Assembly (NCBI GenBank): GCA_964252035.1
Contig: OZ176203.1
Reading direction: 5' to 3' (one strand)
Source of the DNA: Podarcis erhardii
Taxonomy: Eukaryota
Length of the DNA: 64,000 nt
Part shown: positions 11,500-23,999 of the stretch, piece by piece
Layout of the letters: each line of letters begins with the position of its first letter
Numbering within the stretch: position 1 is the first letter of the stretch
The notes under the pieces: model-generated
What the model was told of the DNA's origin: nothing
Databases searched by the model: none
What the model saw: only the letters and a program-made list of their open reading frames with translations
Translations under genes and position numbers: made by a program

Positions 11500-12204
11500 T
11501 GATAATCTTGCATCCTTCAAACTTTATTTACCAGAAAACATATTAGGTGAGTTCGAGACCCAGCTACACCAACACTTGTTTCCAGTAATTCATATTCTAA
11601 CATCTCACAATTGACTAATAGTATCAAAGGGGAAATCCAGTGTGTAGCTAAGCAGTAAGGATAGTTAGTGAGAGACTTACCAGTTGAAATGGGGCTTTGT
11701 TTGAAAACTGGTAACCTGGAATTTGTAGAATAAAATACAGTAGTTAATAGGTTTTGAAGGCTGTGTATTTGTGAGAAGAAAAGAGTTAGCTCGTGTATCC
11801 GTAAAAGGATTCTTGATCTGTGAACAGCTAATTCTCCAGCTAACCATTCTTAGCCTAGATATGGTTTTTTTCTGCAAAGGGGACTGCTGTGAAGCGAGAG
11901 AAGCAGTATAACTGCTTTAACATCCCCTTTTAAGTTTGGGCAAATAAATATTTTAAAATAAATATCATTTAAAAAAAAAAAAGTTTGGGCAGGAGAGGAA
12001 TGGGTTCTGGGTTCCGTTATTGCCTCCTTTGTTGCCTCAACAGCCTAGTGACCAATGAGAATTCTCAGGAAGTTTCAGAGCCAATCATAAGAAAAGAAGC
12101 GACAGCACATCTACATGCTTACTTTTTTGAAAAAAGTACAATTATGTACCACATTTTCCTTCATGGGGCTCAGTGTGATGTGTGTGGTTCTTTGTTCCTC
12201 TTTT

Positions 12205-12320
12205 AATCCCCACAACAACCCTGTAAGGTAGATTAGCCTGAGAGAGCATGGCTGGCCCAAAGTGGCTCACCGGGTGCAGTGCGCTTCATGCCTGAGTGGG
12301 GATTTGAACTACTCCAACAC
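12205..12320 (-). mobile_element. Squam3/MIR-like SINE fragment
   Basis: ATCCCCACAACAACCCTGTAAGGTAG...GGCCCAAAGTGG...TGAGTGGGGATTTGAAC core. Confidence 0.7.
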
Positions 12321-12881
12321 CCTAATCATTACTCTCAGTTTCCCTGAAGAAGGACCAGTTGGGTCCAAAACACACTGCGATAAAAACATCTCTTTTGGCC
12401 ATTGTTTTTTTGCTCCTACTTCCAGTGCCCTTTGGTGGGGGGGTTCCCATTTTTGTTGCAAATATGTAAGTTGACCAGAATACTCACCCACACTACAAAT
12501 GCTTCCCCTCCACTACTTCATCTGTGTGAATCATGATCAGATGCATAAATAGCACAAGAGAGGTTCAAAGGGAATTTTAACCTTGTGTAAAAAAGTCCTA
12601 AATGCAAAACAATTTCTGATGTTCTTTAAACAGTTCCACCCACCACCTCTCTGTCTGTTCCAGGAATTACATTTTACAGGTTGTGTTTTAACTTGTAACT
12701 TTCAAGTTGTAAGTTAATTATTCTCCATAACTATATCTGCAACATTTTAAAACATCCACATTACATTTTCATCAGTGGTAAAGACCTCTAGACTGATGTG
12801 TGGAATTTCACTAAACTAAATATGTGTAATAAAGTCTATTGTCGCATGTGTGGGGATTTCTGCATCTTCCTGAAATGACTT

Positions 12882-12883
12882 TT

Positions 12884-12921
<38 letters not shown>
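12882..12921. repeat. (TTTC)~10 microsatellite
   Basis: Read directly. Confidence 0.95.
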
Positions 12922-12923
<2 letters not shown>

Positions 12924-13631
12924 TTTTAAATTTTTACAGATTTTGGCTCACATAGTAATGATTACATGAAGTAATTTACCATGGGGATTTTACCTACCCA
13001 ACCACAGGCTACTGGTAATCTTTGCAATCTGAAATGAGAACTTGTTTCTTGATGGGAATGTGAAGGGATTTTTTTGTATATATGATCATGTATATATGAT
13101 CATACTAACATTTTACATAAAATTCTCTAAATATAGAATCAATGCAAATGATTTCATGTAATATGAAGGAGGGGGATATGTTTAGCTTATGATTCTGTAT
13201 TTTTCCTTAGCTCAGTTCTAAAAAACACCTTTTAATTTCCCCACTTTTGTTAAGTGAGCAATGAAACTGAAGTTCTCTGCAACCTTTTGACTTGTATAAA
13301 TGATTTTATGAGCATAAAAAGATGGAAAAATCAGGCTGGTGTGTTGTTTATATTAAAATTTTATATCAAACGTGTATAGTGCATTCAAATGTCTTAATAA
13401 GTAGAACTGTAGTCTTCTTTCTACATTTTAAAATAATCAAATCCTGCAAGCTTTCTACACATTACACATAAGCTAATCAGTTGATGAAATTTCTCAGCAC
13501 CATCCCATGCAGCATGGCAAATAATTTTTGAAACCTAGTTGTAATCTTACCAGTTCTGTTATAATAAAATGTATTTTCTGCAACTTTGAATATTTCCCAG
13601 AAACTATCTTATGGATGTAAATATATATTAT

Positions 13632-13716
13632 GTGCAAGCCAAAGCACATTTACTCAGAAGTAAGCCCTACTGAGCCCAGTTGAGCTTACTCACTAGTAGG
13701 CATACTAAATATTGAG
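13632..13716. repeat. ~90-bp palindromic interspersed repeat copy
   Basis: CATTTACTCAGAAGTAAGCCCTACTGAGCCCAGTTGAGCTTACTC core. Confidence 0.65.
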
Positions 13717-13829
13717 ACATTAGCTGATTTGGGTTTTTTAAATTTGGAACTGAAAATAAAAAGGACATCTACAAGAAATGGAATGATGGACAGCTTGCCA
13801 AGGTCTAATAGCCCAGATTTGTAGGGGTA

Positions 13830-14210
13830 GTGTCAAGAAAAAAAGCTTCAGGAGAAAGCTTTAGCCATAGGAAAGTTAAAGCCTGGAACAAGTTTAGGTT
13901 GGTGAGGGAAGTTATGAGCAAGAAAAGGGAATTACTCAGGTATGTTCAAAGGAAGGAAGAGGAAATGATAGCCACACTGCCTAGCAAGGGTGGTAAGGAA
14001 GAACTATTCACTTCCTATTTTGCCTCCTCTTTTGATTCACCTCACATAAGCTGCATAACTAGCGAAGGATGAGGATTGCAGTTCAAGACTGATATAGAAT
14101 TGGATATGCAAAATGGACAACCACCTGTTATATGTTCTAGCTCTGGATATCTTGCATTGAACAAGGAGTTAGACAGGACTTCTTCCAACTCTGTGATTCT
14201 AAGGTTCATG
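13830..14210 (+). mobile_element. CR1 LINE relic (mid-ORF2 fragment joined to 3' end)
   Basis: The ORF RKVKAWNKFRLVREVMSKKRELLRYV...EELFTSYFASSF resembles the CR1 EN-RT linker (RKAKA..ELRLA..VK.NKK.FF.YV...KAE.LN.YFASVF). CTTCCAACTCTGTGATTCT is the CR1 3' terminus. Confidence 0.7.
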
Positions 14211-15329
14211 GTGTATTTTCCTAATATTAATACTACTTCATACATAAAGGCTAGCATAGAAAAAGAAAAGGGGGAAGAGCTTGGCTTAAAATGCTCTTAA
14301 CCTATGGTTTTCATTTACTGCTTTTTTAAAAAAAGTCTGGAGTAAATAATACGAAAGAATTAAGAAGTCACTAGGAGAAGTGGCTATATGACAGGACATA
14401 ATGGCAGAATTTTAGGCATTTTGTCCCATATTTCTGTTTTTAAAATCCTGCTTTTTCTGCCTAGTTGTCTTTTTGGGCTAGTTTTTCTCCTCCCACAAGG
14501 AAAGTCTGGCTTCGACAGCAATCCTAGACTTCAGCTGTAAGGTCATGTGCAATACTATCATCACACAAAGCCGATCATGGCTGCTGCAGAGGAAACTGCT
14601 GCAGTTCTAACTACAAAGAACTTTCCAGGAACTCGACTGCTGTTTGCGGAAATCTGTTCTGGATATCTACAGGTCAGATGTAAATTACTACAGCCTGTTA
14701 AAAACTAGAAGAAAAAGCGATTGCATGAATTCCATCGGTGGAGAAAAGGGAATTTCTCTGTACAGGCCTTTCAGTAAAGAATAAGTGAGCTGCAAAGGAA
14801 AAAAAAATTAGTCATATTAAAGTCATGTTGGACAAAGTGAAGTAAGCATATGTCAGCCCTTCAGTTGAAATTCCCCAGAGAGGAATGGAAAATCTTGCTT
14901 GGTTATGCTCATGAGCAGGACAAAGCATATGGAAATCAGGTTCCTAAGTGGCAGCTGTTGATCAACTCATTCCCCACCTAAGCAATTCCTCAGGATATGC
15001 AGGCAGGATGTTGTAAGTATTTTGCATTTGGAAAATGATAATCGATAGATCATATCACATTGCTATGGATGCCTGGACTAAAATGTTTATTAAATTAAGC
15101 ACTATAGAACTGGGAAATTAACAAATTAATGAAAATGGGAAACAGACAAATGTAATACAGGAAACTGGCAATAAAACTCACAAAGTAAGCTTGATTGTTG
15201 TGTAAAAATAATAGAAAATTGATGATAGCAAAAACAAAATTTATGAAATGGTATATCGAGTGTATGAGAACAGCCTTATTCTGAGTCAAACCATTCATAG
15301 TTCTGACTACTCAATGTAGTTGCCTGTTG

Positions 15330-15985
15330 GCATCTGTCTGTCTCAGGAGTTAATGGAAGAGTGTGCCTTTGGGGGTAATGTCAACCATTGGAGAATTACA
15401 GCAACTGCTGTGGCTGTAGTGACTGATGTGGGACAGACATGTTTTGTTTCACCTGGGGCAGATGAAGGCATCCGGTTTTGCTGCTACAGGTGCACCATGG
15501 TGTTCCTTCTCTCTGTGCTCCTCCCAGCGATCATTCATCATTCCTCCTCTGGTCACTGCTGTGGGAACACAACCTGACTGTCTCCAGGCACTGTGATTGT
15601 CTGCAAGGGGTTCCCAGACTGTTGGGTTAATGTTGCCAGCCTTCAATGCCACATTTGCAGACATCTTTGTAACACAGAGGTGGTCTACCAAATTGACCTA
15701 GTGCCTGAAGCCAGCTCCCTGTAGAGGATGTCCTTGGGGATCCTGCCATCTTCCATTCTGTGTACATGACCAAGCCAGCATAGATGTTGCTGAGACAGGA
15801 GTGTGAACATGCTGGGAATGTGGGGTTGGGAGAGCACATCTTTGTTTGAGAATCCAAACAAAGTCTCAAAATGTGATGCCCAAAATCTTCCTGATGCAGC
15901 TCATATGGAAGGCATTGAGGCATCGCTCCTGGTGAGTGTAAGTTGCCCACAGCTCACTTCTATAAAGCGGCATGTGCTTCTAATG
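15330..15985 (-). mobile_element. RTE-clade LINE 3' fragment (frameshifted RT C-terminus)
   Basis: Minus-strand frames give LNAFHMSCIRKILGIT, WLGHVHRMEDGRIPKDILY.EL and GRPPLCYKDVCK, hallmark RTE C-terminal motifs, with frameshifts. Confidence 0.85.
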
Positions 15986-18479
15986 TAAATAGAAAGTATA
16001 AAAATCGAATTGATTTGAACTTGTAGACCCTCCTGTAACAGAGCATGAATGCTGTTTCATTAGCATCCATTGCTAAGGTTTTAATTTGCTTCTCGTGGGT
16101 CAGCTAATTTCTCTTCTCCCCACCCCAGAATAGCAACTTTAGAGGTTCAACTGTAGATAATTATGAGACATTTATAAAGGAAATAAAGAAGTATTTCACT
16201 AGCATTCTCAGGCAAATAAAAAGCTCTTACATGTTTTTGAAGTTCAATTTCTGCAAATCTTTAATAAAATGAAAGAAAAAATGAGTAGCTTTTGAGGAAA
16301 ATTCTACATTAGTTAATAGCATTGGGGGATAGAGTTTGTGAATTTTTTTCCTGCGTTGCATTCAGCTGAATTTATGAATGTTGTTGCTAGTAGCTGAAGG
16401 AAAATGTTCCCTAAACTTGTTTTTGAGATTATATGGCATCTAACCTTCCGCTTTCTTTTCTCCTCTCCTCTCTAATGCATCTTACCTTTATCCTCACCTG
16501 GAAATAGGGCCGGTGTGGTTCCTAAAAATTAATAATGAATGTTGACTTGTGAACAGTCAGAAAGCGTTTGCTGGAGTGGAATGTTTCCTTCTGTTTTTAA
16601 ATAAATTCCTTGCATTTAGTATTAGCATACATAACAAGGGTGCATTTGTTCAATAATGTGTATGATATCTAACAGACTAAAGTGTATAATATAATACAGT
16701 CACTGTTATATATGGATTTTATAGGAAACTATTAAAATGTGTGCACAATCCCAGAAAGCCTGGTTGCAGCTGGATTTATACAGCAGATTTAAGTAGTACA
16801 AATAGCTTGAACTGTCGTATTTTAGACGAGAGGCGAGTGATTCTGATTTTTGACTAAACTCTGTAGAACAGGGAGAGAGATGGGCAAGAATATTTGCCTT
16901 CGGGGTGTCCCCTCCCCAAAGATTTCTAGAATGCTTTGTGTTATAGCATAGTGGGACTAGCGATCTCCTACTTTCTCCTCTGTATGTTAGATAAAGTGTC
17001 CTTCAGTTTCTCAGATCACTTGTCTAAGGGTGAAGTTGTCTGCCTCCCAACTTTTTTTTTAAACAGAACAACAGCAGTAGAAAATGCAAATCCAGCCAGA
17101 AAGGGAAAGAAGGTGCTTAAGCCTTTCCCCCATGGGACATTTCCACAGTCAATATTGCATTATCCCACCTTCTTCTCCATTTATAGAGGAAAATATATGG
17201 AGCTCTTGTCTCTTATCCTTGTGGCTGAAATGCTGCTTGAGAAGGGAAACTTTGCATTACAGACTTGGGGGCCGTTATATAAATTCAGAGGAGCAGGTGG
17301 TTTGTGGAATGTGGGTTGTTTTGCAGCTGAAAACAGTGAACTATCTGACGGTGAAAAGTGTTGATAGTTCTCAGGGCATGATGGTGCTGGAAAATCTGGG
17401 CTACTAAAAATATTTATTCCATTTGTGGTGCTGGGTTAGACTGAACTTGAAATTCTAAGTTCTTGGAATCCTGAACAAGGCAAGAGTGAGAGAGGAAATT
17501 ACATTAAATGCACTGTAAACTTTTGGAGCCTCTAAAATAAGTGTAATGATAATGTATTGATCTACAAATTTCAGTATTCGGAATCCATCACCTTTAACAA
17601 AATATGGGTAGAGTCTTGTAGGAAGCCACGTGGATATGAAAAAGATAAAAACAGGTGTAACATATTTTTTGAAACATCACATTTTATAATATAAATGCTG
17701 AATTCATTCTCTATATAGGTTGCTTATTAGATTTGTTTGAAAGCATAAAGCTGGGAATGCAGTGTTTATAGATAACAATTATTTTGTTAAAGAGCTTCCA
17801 AATGTTGGAGATATTAGCAGTTTCGAATAAGAGCTGCTGTGGTTGCTAAGTGCAAAAATCTAGCACAAGCAGTGGGAAATAATATTAGGGTGGGGAAATA
17901 TTGCTATGGTTACAAAATACTTTCTTTTGAAGGAGAGAGTGATAACACAGCAAGGATCATTGAAAAATACCTAGTGGTGGATTTTGCAGAAACCAATGAT
18001 GACTAAGGGCAGTAGTATACATTATGAGTGCTGTAGGAAATGTTGCATGATTGCTGTGGAAATCACTGGTATAAAGTGTGAAAGTTAAATATGCATCTGG
18101 GAAACCTGACAGTTAGAGCATAACTCTTGGCAGCAGCATGTTTGCTTTTACTTATTACACAAAAACAATGTCAAAAGGTTTTCTAATTTTAATTGAGAAA
18201 TAGGAGTGCATTCTGTTTCCAAGAACTACGATCATATCTGTGAACCACGATCAACAAAATTTCTTTGTTGTTATTATTAAAATTATTGTCTTTAAAAACT
18301 ACAAACATTACTTGTATGATGAGCTTTGGCTATCGGGGACTGCTCAGGGGCTATCCCTCTCGGGATATGAGAGGAGGGCAGTGGCTTTCAGAGTAACTAA
18401 TTCTGTGCTTCTCACACTAATGCAGCATCTAGGAGGTTGCCAACTTTTGCCCTTGCCTACCTGTTGGGTACTTACATTT

Positions 18480-18877
18480 GGTTTCTGGTATTGAGGTAAC
18501 ATTGTCCTTAAGATGTAATGATGTAAGGCTATGAAGGACTTGATCACAAATTTATTGACAGCTGCATGAGTTATTATAGCTAGGAAGTGGGAGGGACAAG
18601 GTGAATATAAAATGGAAGAGTGGTATAAAGAGGTGTGGGATATAGTTATTAATGATAAATTAACACGTGCTATTATAATAAGGTGGGGAATATGCAGGAG
18701 AAATGATTTTGAGAAGATATGGAAGGTGTTTGTAGAATTTGTACAGTACTGTCAAAACAGAAAGGGGTCAAACCATCGCAAGAGGCATGGAAATTTTGGG
18801 AGGTTGGATAGTTACAATGGACTGGTCTTGGGGGTGGGGTGCACATTTTTATTTATATTTCTTATTATTACAAAAAA
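18480..18877 (+). mobile_element. L1 LINE ORF2 C-terminal relic
   Basis: LLTAA*VIIARKW...MEEWYKEVWDIVINDKLT...FEKIWKVFVEF matches the non-mammalian L1 ORF2 C-terminal pattern. Confidence 0.7.
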
Positions 18878-19240
18878 GATGAAGTGATAGCCATCCACTA
18901 GGATGGCTTTATAAGGCGGTTAGACAAATTTATGTGGAATTACACAGTGAATGGTTACTACCTAGGATGGCTACATTATCTCCAGGACCAGAGGCCTATG
19001 AATACCAATTACAGTGGTAACTCGGGTTAAGAACTTAATTCGTTCTGGAGGTCTGTTCTTAACCTGAAACTGTTCTTAACCTGAGGTACCACTTTAGCTA
19101 ATGGGGCCTCCCGCTGCTGCCGCGCCACTACTGTGTGATTTCTGTTCTCACCCTGAAGCAAAGTTCTTAACCTGAGGTACCACTGTACTGGGGAGCACAG
19201 GTAGGGAGAGTGTTGTTAGGCTCATGTCATACTTTGGGCA
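18878..19240 (+). mobile_element. CR1 3' end relic split by a MITE
   Basis: GGATGGCTTTATAAGGCGGTTAGACAAATTTATG...GAATACCAAT[MITE]CTGGGGAGCACAGG is collinear with the recalled squamate CR1 3' region. Confidence 0.65.
19012..19185. mobile_element. Tc1/mariner-type MITE (174 bp)
   Basis: TIRs CAGTGGTAACTCGGGTTAAGAAC / GTTCTTAACCTGAGGTACCACTG (21/23 match) with TA on both sides (19010-11, 19186-87). Confidence 0.92.
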
Positions 19241-20805
19241 GAAGTGACTCACCTAGAATTTTTGTTTAGATGAAATTCAGAACAGGGAGTTATTGTAATC
19301 AATCAAGGTATTCTAAGAAAACAAAAGCAAGTGTTTAAAAAGCCCAGTAACATTTTAGTGGAAGGAGGGTTTCAGTTCATCCGGTGTTACCCTCTGGTGG
19401 GCAAAACAAATAGAAATGGTGTCACCTGAACCTGAACAACTTGAAAAATGCAGTTCTAAAAGCTGAAAGGTAGATGGGATATAATAGTGCAAGTCTGATT
19501 TACACTGGTGTCACAATCAGATGAAATCCTGACAGGTACCGGTAGTTAGTAGTGTGAAAATTCACACTGCTTTTAAATAAAGAACGTGGACAGAGCTCAA
19601 CTGAGCCAATATGGTTTGCTCTTAGAGAAGGTGCTGAAAATTATCATTCCAAAGAAATTATAGGAAGTTGGGGATCTCTCATGTGGAAGTTGTTGACTCC
19701 CCACTCCCCAAAAAATGTCTGGAGTTTTTATTATTATCTGACATATTGCTATTCAGTATTTAGGTCACATTAGACCATGCACACTTTGACAAGAAACATT
19801 TGTCTAAGGGAGGCAAATACCCTGCATTTTCTGTACTAAAGAGAAGTAGTAGTACTTTGCTTCTCTGCCATCTGCTCTTAAGAATTTATTTGATCTATAG
19901 AGCTTGGGTGGTTTTTACAGTTTACTCTCAATTGTCTCTAGCCCAGCAGCAGATACTTGGAAGCTGAATGGGTTTCACATTCCTGTTCAGGTAGTGTTCG
20001 TCAACACAGCTACTAAAGCTCTCAAATTTAAGATTGAAGACTAACCTTAGGCCATAGATCTGGGAAGATAACTGTAGGCATTTATAACATTGAAAGGTGA
20101 GGAGATGAATGAGTTGATCCCTGATGTTGTGAATGATATTTTTTAGCTCCTATAATGGTGCTTCCGGAGTAGAAATGGAACACAGTTGGCATCTCAGTCT
20201 GTCACAGGATGAGTCCTATGTCTGTATATCTATTATGTAGCCTAATAGCTGTTTTATATTGTGTGCATTCTTCCTATTTCAGTTTAGATGAGCAAAGCAT
20301 TGTACTGGTTAGGGATTCCATGTATGGGGCCTTGGCCATGGCAACTGCAGTTCCTGTCTTCTACTTTTACTTCCCATTCTTTCAAATATTACTCAAAGAA
20401 TGCTAGCATCATACAAAATGATCCAAAATGTTTTCCCATCGTACTCAGTCTGCATGACTTCAGTGTTCCACTTAAATATTTAGCGGAATTGGGGAGTGAA
20501 AGATCTGTTTTATCTATTGCCATTTAATGCTAGGGTACTTCCTTGCTCCATGAATTATTCATCAGGCTGCTTTTATTATAATGCTGACATTATTCAGTAC
20601 CAGAGCTGCTTCTGCAATAGCTTTCCTTTGCTAAAAAGCTACATAGCAGCAGCTACTACTGGTTTTGGAAGTAAATAAAGATGCTAGTTTTTCATGATTG
20701 CTGGAGAATAACACCATTCTAACACCCTCTCCTTGATTCTTTGTTAGGAAAATAAATTAGCAAAACAAAGAGTTATTGCTATGATCGGCCAAATGAGTAG
20801 CTTTA

Positions 20806-20893
20806 GACTGCAATCCTATATCCATTTACCTGGCACTAAATCCCATTGAACTTAGTAGATCTTACTTCAAAGTAGACGTGTACAGGATTTCAC
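20806..20893. repeat. ~90-bp palindromic interspersed repeat copy
   Basis: CTGCAATCCTATATCCATTTACCTGG...CCCATTGAACTTAGTAG...CTTACTTCAAAGTAGACGTGTACAGGATT. Confidence 0.7.
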
Positions 20894-21399
20894 CCTGTCA
20901 TCGCTTTACTTTTCCAGGGTACATTTAAGAAAACCAGTTTCTGTCTTTTGCCAGTTGTGAGTGCTTACATTATCAAGGCACCGGTGTATGAAACTATATG
21001 ATACAGAAATGTGGAAAATATTTATATTCATATCTCATATGCTTTTTTCATTTTTAAAAAATTTGCTTGCAGAACCCTTACCTGTTGTAAGCATGCATAA
21101 ATGAGAAAAAAAGTTTCTTTCTTATGCTTGGTTTCAAGTTTTCAGTCCTAAAAACCTGTGCTTTCTTAAGAAAAGAAAAGAAAAATCCTAGTGCAAATGG
21201 TACTTTCCTCCTCCTCCTCCTCATTTTTAAAAAGCCAGTGACAGTAACTGAGTCCACTAGGGACAGTCCCCGTGCAGAACGGGGATGCCAAGTCTGGGCT
21301 GTGTGCAAGTATTTCTCTAACAGACAACTGCATGTGCTTGGTTTTCTCCCCAAGAGTGTGATTTTCAAAGTGGCATTTGATTTCCTTCTGAACTGGTAT

Positions 21400-21624
21400 G
21401 CATAGCGCTAACTTGCCTTCAGGCAACAGATAAGGGGAAGCAAGAGGAGGGGGGCAAAGCAGAGAGCAGATGGATGAACGATTAGATCATTTGGATCAGG
21501 AATGTTGCATTTTCTTTTCATTTTTCTGCTTTATACTGAAGTCTCTCTTCTGGTCAGAGTTTCTGAAGGGGTGGGGAGAGAACTTGTCTCAGAAATCCCA
21601 GAAAACGTCATAAATGTTTTTAGA

Positions 21625-21677
<53 letters not shown>

Positions 21678-22564
21678 ATGGATACAAGTAACAAGGCAAA
21701 GAATAGGACTGAAAATATATGTGGTTTCGGAAAATCTGAACCACGTAGCATTACTTCCACTTTTGTTTCCTCGGCTTCCTAAAGTACGAAACATCGGGGA
21801 GATAGGAGTTCTGATTTAGATAATGTCTTGCAGTCTTCAGAACAATACATTCTGCTTGTTGGGGGGGTGTTTACGTAAAGGACGTGACATCTGAATAGGG
21901 CGGCTGAGACGTCTCAACATTAAGCAGATGCGTTTACAGTGGACTCCAGCTGTTGCCTTTTTCTGCTGAATGTCTTTTTCCTAAACAGGGAAATGTAGGT
22001 AAAATGACAAGGGCACAGGAAGCTGCTCCCCCTCCCCCCCCCATAGCTTAGCTCAGACCACTCTCTGAGCGCATGGTAGTGGTACAAAGTGTGTGGTCTT
22101 TCAGCTCTGACTAATGCATTTTGTACTGTGTGACTGAAAATGCCTCATAGCTTGCCAGGGCTGACTGAGAGTTGTGGAATGTGGTGCCTTTTCTCCTTTT
22201 CTCTGATTTCCTGGTGGCGGTGGTGGTGGTGGGGTGTGTGTGTGTAGAACCTGAAGATGCAGAGAAATGCTTGTATGTTGTGGAATTCGGCTGAGAAAGA
22301 GAGAGAGAGAGACCCCAGCCATGCAAGCGGTGAACGAGCGAAAAGTTGGAAGAATGGATCAGGGAATGAGGATGGGGGCGGGGTAGGAGAAAGAGAGAAG
22401 GAGGAGGAAGAGGGTGGGAACAGAGGGGCCCATTTCCCCCCTCCCCCCCCCCCAAGCAGTGACAGCTGGTTCTGTCCTGACTCACATGACAAAGTACTAT
22501 GAAGTATTAAAGCTTAAGACAGCCTGAAAAGATGGTCAGCTGACTTCCTTCTCTCAAACTACAG
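21400..22564 (+). promoter_or_regulatory. Candidate internal promoter/enhancer block
   Basis: Local CpG excess over the flanking intron and no recognisable TE. Motifs: AGATAAG (~21427), perfect TTACGTAA (21871-21878), GACGTG, E-boxes, a GA repeat and a purine-rich tract. It lies upstream of a perfect donor at 22620. Confidence 0.55.
21632..21673. repeat. (AT)21 microsatellite
   Basis: Read directly. Confidence 0.95.
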
Positions 22565-22620
22565 TCAGGTGATCAACTGATATCATCCAGCTCATGGGAG
22601 GAAAATACCTTAGATCACAG
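22565..22620 (+). other. Candidate 56-nt exon (or 3' end of an alternative first exon); ATG at 22594
   Basis: Branch-like CTGAC (22540-44), pyrimidine tract TTCCTTCTCTC, CAG acceptor (22562-64) and perfect donor CAG|GTAAGT (22620/22621). Confidence 0.6.
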
Positions 22621-22685
22621 GTAAGTGAAATTGCTTTCCTTTACAGTATGTTGCATAAAAGACTTTCATCAGTGATTTAAGAAAA

Positions 22686-22731
<46 letters not shown>
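22686..22731. repeat. (TAT)15 microsatellite
   Basis: Read directly. Confidence 0.95.
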
Positions 22732-22732
<1 letters not shown>

Positions 22733-22995
22733 TGTAGTCGTTGCCATGTGACAACTGTATGAAGCATCTTCTTCAAACACTGTTGCATGTTCCACTTGTA
22801 TCTTGTTTTGGTAGACTAGAAAACACCTTGGATTTTTCTAAATCTGTTTTGCCTGTCGTGTTTGTAAATGATTTATTGGAAGAGTTCTGTTTATAAATAT
22901 AGGTTTGAGGTTTTCATGGGTGGTGTTGAATGCTTCTTTCGTTTGTCATAAAATTATTTGTCGTACTGCAACTGTTTCAAAAATTAATGTTTGAA

Positions 22996-23076
22996 GGGGA
23001 ATTCCCAGGAATGAAAGTATGAGTCAAAGAAATAGGACACCTTAAAAAAAAAATCCCAAGCCAGAGCTGTGACTCA
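22996..23076. promoter_or_regulatory. Candidate inducible enhancer: NF-kB + STAT6-type + 2x AP-1
   Basis: GGGAATTCCC (22997-23006), TTC-N4-GAA (23002-23011), TGAGTCA (23020-26) and TGACTCA (23070-76). Confidence 0.5.
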
Positions 23077-23999
23077 TTTTAGCAAGATGCTTTTATCAAT
23101 TGTGTTTTCAGGGCCAGTTGCCTATGCTGAGGATGAAAATATTCCAAACTGGAAAATTAAAAACTTGTAACAGTGCTATTTATTTATTCTAATTGTTTTT
23201 TACCCCCTTTTAAAAGAGAAGTTGGGTGGTGAAAGATAGGTTATCTTGTCACTTACTACTATGTTTATTTTAAGTTTGAGAATAGAGTAATAAATGCAGG
23301 TGCCCACTGTACTTTGGTTTTGTCACATCAAAAGAACATACAAAGTGACTTTCCTTGCTGCAGCACAGTGCTGAATATTCTTCAGGGAATACTCCCTGGA
23401 TTTACTCAGCAGAGCTCTTCCTCACCCTTCTGCAACTCCACTCTGTGTGGAGACACTAAGTGCAAGTTGATGAAGCTTGCCCTATGTTCATGAACCTCAG
23501 AGGGCTATTATTTAGGTAGAAAAAATGAAATAAGCTTTTGCTGTAGAATCTGCCTCAAAAACAAGTGAGGTGCCAGATTAAGTACCCACATTTTGATAAA
23601 CGTGTCATGAGTGTCAGCACAAAATGGTTGCCATGGGCAGGGTAAGGAGGGGAGAAATAAAGAGGGTAAATAGGAATGCGCAGTTAGTTCAGCCATGTGT
23701 AATTAATTTTATATTCGGTAGGGGTTGAGTACTGGAAGATTGCACCAAAGGCTTAATGTAGAAGATGGGTTTTGAGGAACAATCTCAAGGCAAGATTCCA
23801 CACAGATGTTCTACAAGAATTTTCTAACCATAAAGAGGCATCTAATCTATTTTCTTAAAAGTGTTATGCATTTTTGGCCTATTTTGAAAGGTGTTCCTAA
23901 AAAACAAAGGACAACATTAGGAGTTCTCAGATAGCCTGAGTTTTAGTCTATAAACTTCATTCATTTGCCATCTTGCTTTGTTTAATTTATATTGAGGGT

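Noticed and set aside
16936-17407. 142-aa and 107-aa ORFs with an acceptor-like T-tract at 17066
   Set aside because: No recognisable domain, non-ATG start for the longer ORF, and no convincing donor.
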